Positions 25,701-37,684 of a stretch of 64,000 nt of DNA are shown here, one piece after another; the stretch's first letter is position 1, and each line of letters begins with the position of its first letter. A program made the position numbers and the translations under genes. The stretch is taken from NCBI GenBank assembly GCA_016748015.1, contig JAAOMT010000175.1, forward strand, positions 105,395 through 169,394, in the 5' to 3' direction. Source of the stretch: Geosiphon pyriformis uo1 (lineage: Eukaryota; Fungi; Glomeromycota). The notes beneath the pieces are model-generated. The model saw only the letters and a list, made by a program, of their open reading frames with translations, was not told where the DNA came from and did no database searches.

Positions 25701-28700
25701 ATTGCACTTGACAAAAATTACTAGATGCAAACCCACTATTACTATAAGCCATATTACAGAAGACAGTATGACTATCCAAAATAACAAGACAAGTAATACA
25801 ATAAACCATGTTTTGCTTGTAGAGAACAGTTACTTGACAAAGAAATGTGGAATGACATTTCTGGTTGAGGAAAAACATGTGACACTTTGTGCCAGTACAC
25901 AATTCTTATCAGTAACTAGATAAGTCATAAAACTTTTATTACTGTAGCTTAGCACCAAGCAATCTTTTGTTTGAATGGTTACCCATATGACAAGGACAAA
26001 ATCTGGCAAATGGCAAATGTCAAAGTCAAAAGAGCTATGCCCAGCAAAATCTTGAAAATTAAAAATAATCTTTCAGAACCAGTCAACATTATTCTCATCC
26101 CAAATCCAGATGTTTTTCTTGACATAGAAACAGGCCCAGAAGAGTTTCATAAGCACTATCAGAATTTAGCACTCACAAAAAAAGAACAGAAACAGTATTT
26201 AGAACAACTAAACACCCAACTATGTAACCATTATTTGATTCAATGTGACTTCTAATATTGTAATAAGTGTGATCTTATCTACAATTTACCACTATGCATA
26301 ATTTACACAATTTCAGAAAAAGATGAACCAATCAGCAGCTGCATATTGAAATTGGAATTACTATTCAATCTTGATTCAAACTCTAACAACAATAACAATG
26401 ATAACAATAATTCCAGCTCTGTTTAAATTGGCAATAGCAATAACAATGATTCAAATTCAGATTCAAATTTTGAACAATATATTGCACTTTTTGATCTTAC
26501 CAAAGAGCAAAAACTAAGATGGTTTAGTAATAATGATAAAGGTATTATGCCAAAACGCATATATGATACTAATGTAGGGTTTGACTTGAGATATCTAAGA
26601 AAAGATACCATCAAATTGAAATCACATTCACACACCTGCATTGATCTCAAAATAGCTCTGAAAATTTCAGCAACAACAATGATTTAATTAGCATTCAGAA
26701 GTAGTTTAGTGAAAAAAAGAATCAACATCAGAGAAGAAATAATTGATACAGGATATGTAGGAAATATTATTGCAATGCTACAAAATGACTCAGAAAAGAC
26801 CTATATTATAGAGCCAAATAAAAAGATAGCACAGGCAATATTTCTGCCTCTGGTGAAAATAGCTCAGTTAGTGTCAATGAAAAACAGAAAAAAATTAGGA
26901 ATTACAGCTAGAGAAATACAGAGATTCAAATTCATGGGTAGAATAGATATACTAGTCAATATAACAGAGAAAAAGATTGTTGACAAGAGAGAAATTATAT
27001 TCACCCATCAATTAATTTCCATTCTGCCATATGACTAGTACATGTTAACTATAGAAAAAAAAGTGAAAGATCAGACACAAATTTTTGAAGCAGAACTAAC
27101 TATTTGTGAGTCAGAAGATATTGGATTAATTAATCTACACATACCAACCAAGAACTACAGTCACATCAAAATTTCTATCTATAACAACATGGAAGACATT
27201 ATTGAAATACCAAAAGGAACTATCATTGGATATTTAATCACCAAAATTGAGAACCAACCACCAAACACCATTTTAGACTTTTCACAACTGTGTGAATATA
27301 TCAACATAACATCACAAACTATCTATAAACAGAATGAGTGTTATTTGCTCCAATCAGAACAATTGGAACAAATAAACATAAGAAACTTAGACTCATTTCA
27401 ACATATGCAACTCAAAATATTACTCAACAACTTCACCAACATTTTTGCAAGTGAAAATAAGTTTGGCAGAACTGACATAATCCAACACCAAATTAAGACT
27501 GAAAATGCAATGCCAATCAAACAAAGAGCATACCAAATACCACCAGCCAGTCATGAGATCATTTGTCAAGAAATCAATTAGATGCTTGACAACAGGCTAA
27601 TTCAGTCATCAATGAGCTCATGATTATCACCAGTAGTACTAGCCCAGAAAAAAAATGGAAAAATTTGCTTTTGTATAGATTACAGAAAACTTAATAATGT
27701 AACTTATGAAGACAGTTATCCAACTCCATGGATTCAAGAATTATTTGATGCTTTCAGAGAAAAGAAATGGTTCTCAATATTAAATCTAGATAGTGATTAC
27801 TGACAAATAGCCATAAATCCAGAAGATAAAAAAAAGATGGCATTTACTACAAGAGAAAAGAATTTTGAATTTGAAGTAATGCCATTTGGCTTAAGTAATA
27901 CACTGGCCACATTCCAATGGCTAATGAAAATTGTCTATATCAGACTACTATGGAAATTAGTAGTCATATATTTAGATAATACCAATGTGTTTTCAAAAAC
28001 ATTCAATAATTACCTCCATTATTTTCAGCAAGTATTCAAAAGACTGAAAAGAGCAGGATTAAAACTAAATGCAGCCAAGTATTTCTTTGGCAAAACAGAA
28101 CTCAAGTTTTTAGGACATGTTATAAGCAAAAAAGGCATTAAAACAGATCCAAATAAAATTGAAGTAGTAAAGTTCTTTTCAATATTCACCAACTTAACCA
28201 AGCTATGAGTATTCTTAGGATTTGCAAGATACTATCATTACTTTATCAAGAACTTTTCCAAACTGGCTCAACTATTGCATCATCTACAAACCAAAAATTT
28301 TAAATATAAATAGACAGAAATACAACAAGAAGCTTTTAACACACTAAGAAAAAAGCTTATTCAAGTTCCATTACTGATTTATTCAGATTATAGCAAACCA
28401 TTTATTATTATCACAAATGCATTAGGTCAAGCATTAGGAGTAGTACTATTACAAAAAGAACTGAATAGAAGAAAACATCTAATAACATATATTAGCTGAA
28501 GCCAAAAAGAACTATAAAATACCAGCACTTAAACACTTAGCAATTTATTGGGCTGTTATAAAATGGAAAGAGTACTTAAGCCAAAAATTTGAGATACACA
28601 CTAATCATAAAAGATTGACTTCAATTCAGAAGCAAAAATTTGGAGACAATTGACACATAAGATAGAAAATAGCACTTTTATTATATACTTTTACAGTACA

Positions 28701-28761
28701 TTATAAAAAAAGAAAAGAAAACAGAAATGCTGATGGTTTGTTGTGAATGAAACAAATCTGA
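22705..28761 (+). pseudogene. Element C gag-pol: Gag, protease, Cys-rich domain, dUTPase, RT, RNase H
   Basis: ORF fragments 22800, 23865, 24912 (LILDSESADSII), 25971, 26709, 27042, 27837 (VMPFGLSN...YLDN); ends MKQI* at 28759-28761. Confidence 0.9.
26541..26945 (+). pseudogene. dUTPase domain of element C
   Basis: All five trimeric dUTPase motifs are recognisable: (A)GFDL, RSS, IIDTGYVGNI, KIAQAIF, and R.I.(G)F(GST)G; copy B reads NRFGS at motif 5. Confidence 0.88.
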
Positions 28762-28823
28762 ACATTTCAACCCAAAAATATAACAAAATCTAAACAGTTG
28801 AAAACAAAAATATATAACAAAAA

Positions 28824-29837
28824 ATGAACACACAAAAATATCAACAACTTTAGCATTATATAAATACTCAACAGTTCAAGAAGAAATTATTTCCAAAAGA
28901 ATAAAGTCATATCAAACAATAATCCAAATATTTTATTACTTACTAAGATATATTTTATTGGAAAAACAGAAAGAATTCAGATCAACCAACCAGAGTAATC
29001 ACAGAACTAAAAAAAAAACAATATTATTCAACATGTACTCAGATCCAACAGCAGAACATTTTCATAAAGAAGCAACCATGAAAAGAACCAAAAAAAGATA
29101 CTATTGGCCATTAATATATCCAGATATTATCTAATATGTTCAAAATTGTGATGCTTGTCAGAAAAGAGGAGGAACAAGGCCAAGTAAACCATTAAAACCA
29201 ATCAAAGTGGGACAACTATTTGATTACATTGGAATTGACTTAGTCAAACTATTGACAATAATCAGCACAGAAAACAGATATATTGCAGTAGCCATGAATT
29301 ACCTTACAAAATAGCCAGAAGCAAAAGCCATTCAAAGAGCAGATTCAGAATTTGTTGCTGAATTTGTTTATCAAGATCTAATTTTTCAATACAGATATTC
29401 AAAAAAACTATTATCAAATCAAGAAACTTACTTTGTAAACAAAACACTAGCAGAACTAAATCAAAGATTTGAAATTAAAAGACCATTATCATCACCATAC
29501 TATTCACAAACAAATGGGTTAGTTGAAAGATTTAACAAAACATTGTGTAAAGCAATTGCCAAAATCAGCCAAGAAAACCAGAATAAATGGGATTTGTTCA
29601 TACCATTAGTATTATTTGCTTATTGGACAATAAAGCAAGATACTACACAAGCAACACTATTTGAATTAGTATATGGTAGAACAGCAATATTACCAGTTGA
29701 GATAAAAGTCAACACATATCCAACTGAACCAATAACAGAAAACAATTTCCAAGAAACATTGTTAAGATGAACATATAACTTAATGAAAACACTAGAAAAC
29801 AAACAACAAAGAGCAGCTGATAATATTCAAAAGTCAC
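28824..29837 (+). pseudogene. Element C integrase (separate ORF, C-terminus deleted)
   Basis: ATG at 28824; YYW..CDAC, IGIDLV, QTNGLVERFNKTL, LFAY...TLFELVYGR. Confidence 0.82.
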
Positions 29838-30269
29838 CCAATATCCAGAGTTGACAATAGAAACATGAAATTGGTGGACACAACAATTTCCAAGAAACTT
29901 TTGCTATTTCCACTTGAAACAATATTTGAATATTCAGAACTTATATACAGATAAAACAAAAAAATTATTTGATACAACAATATTATAACAATAGAAGAAA
30001 TTTGTAGAAAAAAACAATCTAACAACACAAGCAAGAGCCATCTATTGATTACATACTGGATTTTAAGACCAATCTGAAATTTTACTTAATTTAGCAATAG
30101 ACACCATTACTGTTAACCAAATGGAAAAAATAACCAATGTCCAATTTGAAGAATTACAGAACAAGATAACTCAAGTAATTTTCAAAAAAGAAGTTCAAGA
30201 AATACTCAAAGACAGAGAACTAAAATTAGGAGATCTTAACGAAGCTCAATATTAAAAAAAAGGGAATAA

Positions 30270-31124
30270 TATTATTTATAGAATATAAGAAGTATATTAG
30301 CATATAAATTAGCCAATCAGAAGTAGCCATAATAAATGTGGAATTCCAGGATTCCTTTTAGAGAAATTACAGGATTTCAGGAATTTCAGAATTCTTGTAT
30401 AAAGAATTGCAGGATTCCAAAATTCCAGGATTCCTCTTAAAGAAATTGCAGGATTTCAGGAATTTCAGAATTTCTGGTGTGAAGAATTGAGGAATTGAAA
30501 AATCTCAATTATGTATATATAGTGGTAGCATTAGAAAAAAAAAGACAGACCTCTTAGTTTAAATTTGATTTAAGCAATCTTTCTATTTACAAATATCAAT
30601 AAATAACTATTCACTATCTTAATTTATTCTCCACTATCAATACTTTATGTTAATAGTAACCAATACTTAACCACACTGGAACAATAGCTCTTAATCATGA
30701 CTATTGACAAGATACTAATATTTATTGCCTTGGCTTATTTTTTTATTTTTTTTATTTTCTTTTGTTATTTTTTTTTGTTTTACTAAATTGATTAAAAATT
30801 AAAAAGTGCTAAGTTACAGATGTTATAAGAACTGGTAAAAAACCCATGAAACAAGAATAGAACACTCATAATTAAGAATAGCTTATCAGAAAGATTACCA
30901 GCCACCATGCTAAGAAAGAAATTTGACAGAATTGTGATTCCAGAAGGCTACTGAAACAACAATTGAATCTTTGTCCATTATACAAAAAACTCAACCAAAA
31001 TCTTCAGATTACGAAAACCTTCAGACACCAACAATGTACAGATATTACAACATCTTTAAATCAATTAAGCACCAAGTTATGAGTTTGTTATTTGTTTTGA
31101 AACTCTGAATAATTATCTGTAACA
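30270..31124 (+). repeat. 3' LTR of element C
   Basis: Aligns with 21804-22661; differences are nearly all transitions. Confidence 0.93.
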
Positions 31125-31128
31125 ATGT

Positions 31129-31560
31129 ATATCAGAAAACTTCTCAGATTTCAAGACATCTAACACAGACACTTTGGAAACAGCAGCAGACTTGACTCCC
31201 AAAAAAACACTTTCACTTATAAATTCAAATGCCAGTATAAACCAGCAAGACACAAAGTCTCTTAAATCTAATTTTTTTCAATATCAAAACATTTTCCAGT
31301 TCATCATATTTTTTTTCTTGTCTAAAAGTCTGTTACCAAATACAATACCAAATCATTTTAAAGAAAGAACAAAATCATAAAACAAGAGTTGTCTCAAAAT
31401 GCCAGATATTAGAAACTTATCTGATTTATAAAAAACATTAGGCAAATTGTTTGCCAAAAATAACTCATTTTCCAAAAAAATTTTTACCACCCTAGCCAAA
31501 AAGTTATTTATTAGACTGATACATAACTTGACAAAAAACTATAAAAGATTTATAGAGGAC
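31129..31560 (-). mobile_element. Upstream continuation (5'-truncated end) of the LINE at 20365-21803
   Basis: Minus strand NNFLA.VVKIFLENEL...W..F..WKKLD matches the same ORF2 region of the other copies. Confidence 0.8.
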
Positions 31561-32995
31561 TATTTAACATAACAACTTTAAAATACTATTAGTTAATTTA
31601 CACTTATTGCAAACAATAATTTAAAATCCAAAATAGAATTATAGCTTTTAAAAAACACTTATTTAATATATTGAAAACCAAATTAACAATTATTTTTTTA
31701 GAAATTAAAATATCACAAAAGTTAAACAAAATTTTCTTAAAAATTTAATTTACTACTCTAATATAAAATTTAAAGCTATTAATACAAATGCTTATACTAT
31801 TTATTTTAAAAAACTTAATTACAATATTATTAAGCTTTGTAAAAAAAAATTTTGTTAACTCACAATTTGTTTTTAAACAAAAATAAAAACCAAAAACAAA
31901 CAACAAAAAAAAAGCAAAAAAAATACTCAACCAGTTTATACAATTTTCAATACATTAAAAACAATTTTTTAATACTTGCAAACTCTTAAACTAGAAACAC
32001 ATTTTGTAAACAATTTAATACAAAAAATTTGTAAATAATTTAATATCAAAAGATTATATTTTTACTTTATTATTTACAAACAAATAGTCTTATAAAATGG
32101 TTTAACAAAATACTTTATAAATTATTAGCCAAAATTTTAATCAATTTTAAGTAAAAATAAGATTTTTTTATTTTATTAATATTATTAGTATATAAAACAC
32201 TAAAACAAAATACAATAAAATATATGCTATTTGATTTAATTCATGAAAAAACAATAATATTACCAATTAATTTTACAATAAAATTCTATTTAGTTCAATC
32301 AATTACAAAGAACTTTTAAAAAATATTACAAAAAAAAGCTTAAATTCTTTTTAACATACTGGAAAAAAAACAATAAATTACAGCCACTTATATAAAATAC
32401 TTTTAAGCTTTACAAAAAAAATAATATAATAATAATTTATTATCAACAAATTTAAAATAAAAACAAAGTTTTTTTACATAAAACTAAGACTAAAAAACAA
32501 TAAAGTAAAAAATTTTATTATAAATAAGATAAACTATTTTATATACATAAAATTTTAAAAATATATTATATAAATTAAAACTTGATAATAAAATTTTAAA
32601 GAAAATTACATATAATAACAGATTTAAGCACTATTATAAACCAATTCTAAAGTTTTAATTTTGCAAATTAATATACAATTTCTCTTAGTTAATTCTAAAA
32701 GTATTTTTTAATACTTAGAACCAATAGTTATTATTAAACAATTTCTAAACCTAAACATTTAAAATTTAAATTATTTTATTTCTATATTATAAAACCAATT
32801 TTCAAACCAAATTTTTTCAATAATTTTGAACTACTATCTGAAAATTACAGACAGTATTTTTATTTATTTATTTATTTATTTAACGAGTGAGGTCCAAACG
32901 CAACCTAGTGTTTTACATCATATAAATGATCTAAACTAGGAGTGAATCATGTACTTTCTACACGTGACCAGCCACTCGGGCCAGTCAGAACTACA

Positions 32996-35900
32996 CTATA
33001 CACCTATACACACAGAAACCAAATTCCCAATATCTGAAAAAAATGGACAAAACTTACGAAACCCAAAACCAACTTCAAAAGTCTCAGCCACACCTAGCAA
33101 TCTAATTACACCAGCTGAAAAAACCATAGACAAACCAGAAACCAAAGTGAGAGTGAAGCCGTCACATAGAATCAAACCGTGCTTTTCCATAAACACCTGG
33201 TGCCTGGCGTGGACCAACCAAATGTTATCCCGAAATGCAAAACAAAACCCACGTACAAAATTCACAATTTTACTAGCCCCAACCTCAGAATTCTTGAAAA
33301 CCAAAACAGATTCACAATACCAATCATTGAAAACAAGGCCCTTATACAGAGCAGCACCAACTCCAACCTTGGAAATACAGGAATCCAACAGCTGTGAGAC
33401 ACACGAAGAAGACCGAAACAGACCAGAAAGAGCTGCCCAAGCCGAAGCATGTACGTCCAACAACTGGGCATGACCAGTAGCATTATAAGAACAAAAAAAG
33501 ACATGATCTGAGATCTTAACATCACCACAATACAAACACACTACACTGGAGTACTCCCTATCATACAAACACTTATGCACAGCAACTGGAAGCCGACGAT
33601 GAAGGGCCTTCATAAAGTAGGTCTGAAAGCCAACCATATGCACACTAGTGAAACCAACAGCCAAGTGAGAATCGGGATGTCATACCAGGGAAGACTTGGA
33701 CCAATTAATATCAGCACGCAAACTATCTGCCACAACCCAAGAGCCAGACCCAACCTCCCAGTGAGCACAATGAACTGAACAGAAAACATCATGAACAAAG
33801 TGTCTAGAATTACCAGAAACCACGGTACCACCCGCCTTCAGAAAACATTCACTGACCAAATGAGGTAGGTGCCAAGCAGAAGAAGTGGCCTCCTTAGTAA
33901 GTACATCAGCACGTTCATTGCCTGGGATGCCTGAATGACCCTTAACTTTAATCTAATTTACTTCTAAATTTTTGTGATAAATGATATTAGCTATGTGACA
34001 GCACTCAATCCAACAACGGTTCCTAAAATCCGGATAAACCAACAAAGACTCCAACTTGCATGCATCCATAGCAGCTTGGCTGTCTGAAAACAAGTCAACC
34101 AACCAAAAAGAGGAAACACACTCAAAAGCCAAAGCAATTGCCTGCAATTCCATCAGAGTAGAAGAAACCAAACCAGACACCCCAACACCCAAATCTGAGT
34201 TAATGTCCTTAAAGAAAGCAGCAGCACCTGCCTTCATGTCAACAATGCCTAGACTACTTAGAAACTTATCCGTATACACAGACAGGCAAGTGGTATCGAT
34301 GGTCAGCAGAGTGTCACAAACCACACCAAAACTATGAGACAAACGAACATCAGAACCAGCATGATCCTCTACAAAAGAAGAACAAATAGAAGGAGGAGCA
34401 ACACTACTGAGAAATTGAACGAAGAGATCAAACCACAAAAGGACTGAACCACGAGGGTCCAGCCTTTTCTAATGCTTGAAGATTCCTCAACTGAAAACAT
34501 CCCCACTACAGTCACGAAGTTGTTCCACAAAAGCAATCTCATAATGTCTAAGTGAAGAGACACACTTGAAAAAATAGTGTTCACCAAGAACCAGAGACAT
34601 AGGAGTACCATCCCGATGGCGAAAAACACAAGTCAAAAAGCCACCCAAAGATAAATTATACCCAGAAAAGATACGAACCACACCCGCCAAAAAATTATTC
34701 GAGAGACTGACACCAACACAAGCCAGAAACAGCAAGTGATAATGAGGACGCCAGCTGAGAACCTGGAGGTCATGAGACTTATGAGAAAACAAGTGACCCA
34801 AGACACCAGTGGAATTTGCAAAAGCAACAATAGAAGCTGATTTACTCTCAGCCTGGATTTGTTCAAAGGTCTTTAAATTGTACAAAGAGGGGTGATAAAG
34901 TGCATCACTGGGGAAATCATGTGACAACTCAGACTTAGACTTCAAGATCTTGCATACCAGAGCATCCCATTTATTACAAACACCAACAGAAATGAAACTG
35001 AACTGAGTCCTGTAGCTAATGATAGGGAAAAGAACTACAGACAACAAATATGCACACTGTTTGTCCGAAACTGTCTTCCTTAAAACAAGGTTCACGAAAA
35101 ACTGCACATCCGTCTGAGCTTTAGCCAAGCTAGGCTTTGAAAGACCCTCAGAAGACAAAAAGATACCTAGATAGCGATGAGATTCTCCCTTCTTGGTGAT
35201 AGAAATGGGTGAGCCACTAATAGTTAAACACAGGTCCATTACCCAGCAGTTGATAGGGATGACAACTGTCTTGTTGTTATTTATAGAAATGTTATTAAAC
35301 CTGAAAAATTCATTAGCAACATTAAAGATGTGTTGAGTAGCAGCCTGGCTGCTACCAACCCAAATAGTATCATCAATAAAAGCACCAGCAGCGAGAAAGA
35401 AAGTCAGTCCAGCTTGAAGATCTATTCGGCCAGTTTTGGAAATAAAATAAGAATTTAATCTGTAACTGCACATACTCTCCTGTCTCTTGACCTTGCACAA
35501 AAGTAAATTATAAAAAATACACCAGAGAAGGGGCGAGAAAACTTCTCCCTGATCCAGCCCATCATGAACACAATACTCATTAGTTAAGCCAAAGTCAGTC
35601 ATCACTCTGTTGACGCGACCATTGTGAATACTGCCAAAAAATCTAATAAACCTGTCACATATCTTGATCCTGACCAGACTCCTCCTAAGATGTTCTCAAC
35701 CAACTGAGTCATAAGCTTTGCGCATGTCTTGTAAAACCAGCTAAAGTTCACAGTTCTTTTTTAAGGCATCCTCAACCACAGAACTAATAGCAAAAATGGG
35801 AGATTGCATCATCATACCTTTCAAAACAGAAAAATTATTTCCACAAAGGACCTCAAAAGTGCTGCAAGCCAATGAAATTCTATCTGAAAGGATCTTGGAA

Positions 35901-37684
35901 AGAATTTTGTGGGCTGTTTCAATTAAAGCTATAGGATGAATGTTCGTAAAAACTCCCTCCCATTCATATGGTTTAGGAATCATTGAAACCCAAGCTTTTC
36001 TTTATGGCCCAGGAACTGATTTACCAACCAAACAGGAATTCAAAAGCACCAAAAGCATATCCAAAACCAATTTGTCACAATGTTTTCACAATTCATTGGA
36101 GATACCAGAAAGACCAGCTGTCTTTCCATTAGGAAGATCCTTGACAATAGTCAACAATTCATCTAAACTAATCAAACACATAACATCAGAGAAAGCACCA
36201 TCGAACACATAATCCAGAGGTTGATATTGGCAGGCCCAATCCTCAGAGATGTCAGATACCACCTTATACTTTCTGGTCTATTCCTCCATAATTTTGTCTA
36301 CCTTAGATTTAACCAAATCAGGCTCTAAAACCAACTCATCTTCTACAACCAGATGATCTAAGACCATCTTGCGAAAAAGATGCTCCAAAATGCTCCTAAT
36401 GATGTGACCCTTGTTCAGCTCAAAACTTTCCATTCTCTTATCAATAGCCTGCTTGATCGAGGACTCCTCAGCGCACTTGAATTCCAATAATTTGGAAGAG
36501 TGGTACAATTTCCTTGCTTTGGCCAGCGCAAAACAAATAAGATCAAAATTAGAACCTAAAAGAAACAGAGACTTAACCACTGATGCATCTGGAGAGTCGA
36601 GTCTGTGCCACACTTCCAACAAAGAAGCAAAACCATCACTAGAATCCAAACGCAAAGCCTTAACCAACTTAGAAACCAGCAGCTCCAGCTTGTAAAACCT
36701 AGAGGAAGTTTTGGTAAACACACCATCAAAACCTTTGAACCATTTTTTTTTAAATGTACCACCCACTGAAAGAACCATAATCTTGCGAACAATGTCTCAC
36801 ATAGTGTCCATATCTGAAAACCTTACTGCCACACCAAAAGCATCCGAGAACATAGAGACATTAGCAGCTGAAGCATCTTTGAACTCCAACCACCTAGCTT
36901 CATTGGCACTTTTGATGTTAAACTTCCAATGATCTCTATTCACTTGCGTGCAAAAAGAATTCAAGTGCATATCCAAAAGTCCACCCAAACCCAAAGACAC
37001 TGAAACAGCTTGATGGTCCATGTCAAAATGCTCACTGACATTTAAAACCCCACGATTCACTATTGTATTGACCAGATTCAGGGAAACAAACACGTAATCA
37101 ATTGTTTTTTTAACACCTCTAGAATTTTCCCAAGTGGGTATTTTTGCAGCTGGGCTACTGACTAAAGAATTGACCAGACCCAAATCAAAGCATTTTTTGA
37201 AACTCACACTCTTATGAGAACTGTCTTCATTAAAATCACCCCCGAGAACGACAAAAGAAGATTTGTTAACAGCCCTCGCAATAAGAGAGTTGATCTCATC
37301 AGCCTGAGAAAACCGTACCACCGAAGAAGCACCAGCGTAAAGCCCCAAAATTGACACTGAGAGTTTATTCTTGAAAAGTAATTTAATAGACAGAAGCCAG
37401 CCAGGCACTTTAGAAATCTTGCACACATGCTTTGCCAAAGAAGAGTCCATGACAACCACCACACCAGCACCCAGATATTCAGAATCCAAACCAGAGGTAA
37501 ACACCCAAACACCATCAAATCTGTTGATGATCCAGGAACGAACTTTATCCTTCAACTTCATCTCAGTAAAAATAGAAACCAAATTGCCCATGTCTTTGTG
37601 CCAACAAACTATATCATCCTGCTTTGCAGGATTGTTCATTCCCCTAATATTGCACATGGCAATTTTCCAAATATAACTGGTCAT
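32996..37684 (-). pseudogene. LINE ORF2: AP endonuclease, reverse transcriptase, RNase H, CCHC zinc finger
   Basis: CNIRG, GGDFN, IDY, DH (APE); PIALIETA.KILSKI, QDMRKAYDSV, GLDQGEVFSPLL, AFIDD (RT); YTD, ELQAI, SDSQ, KVKGHSG.PGNERAD (RNase H); CLYCGD...HVFFC. Confidence 0.92.

Larger units (their letters stand above)
21804..31124 (+). mobile_element. Ty3/Gypsy element C with both LTRs and an internal deletion, nested in a LINE
   Basis: LTRs 21804-22661 and 30270-31124; PBS TGGTGCTCTCTGT at 22664; PPT about 30254-30269; perfect 4-bp TSD ATGT (21800-21803 / 31125-31128). The LINE frame reads across the junction (..EKFSDIH|NSLIKIWLDCIEIYTD). Confidence 0.95.

Noticed and set aside
32940-32995. 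Hammerhead ribozyme in the LINE 3' UTR (CTGA...GAAA)
   Set aside because: It lacks the CUGAnGA core and the required stem geometry.
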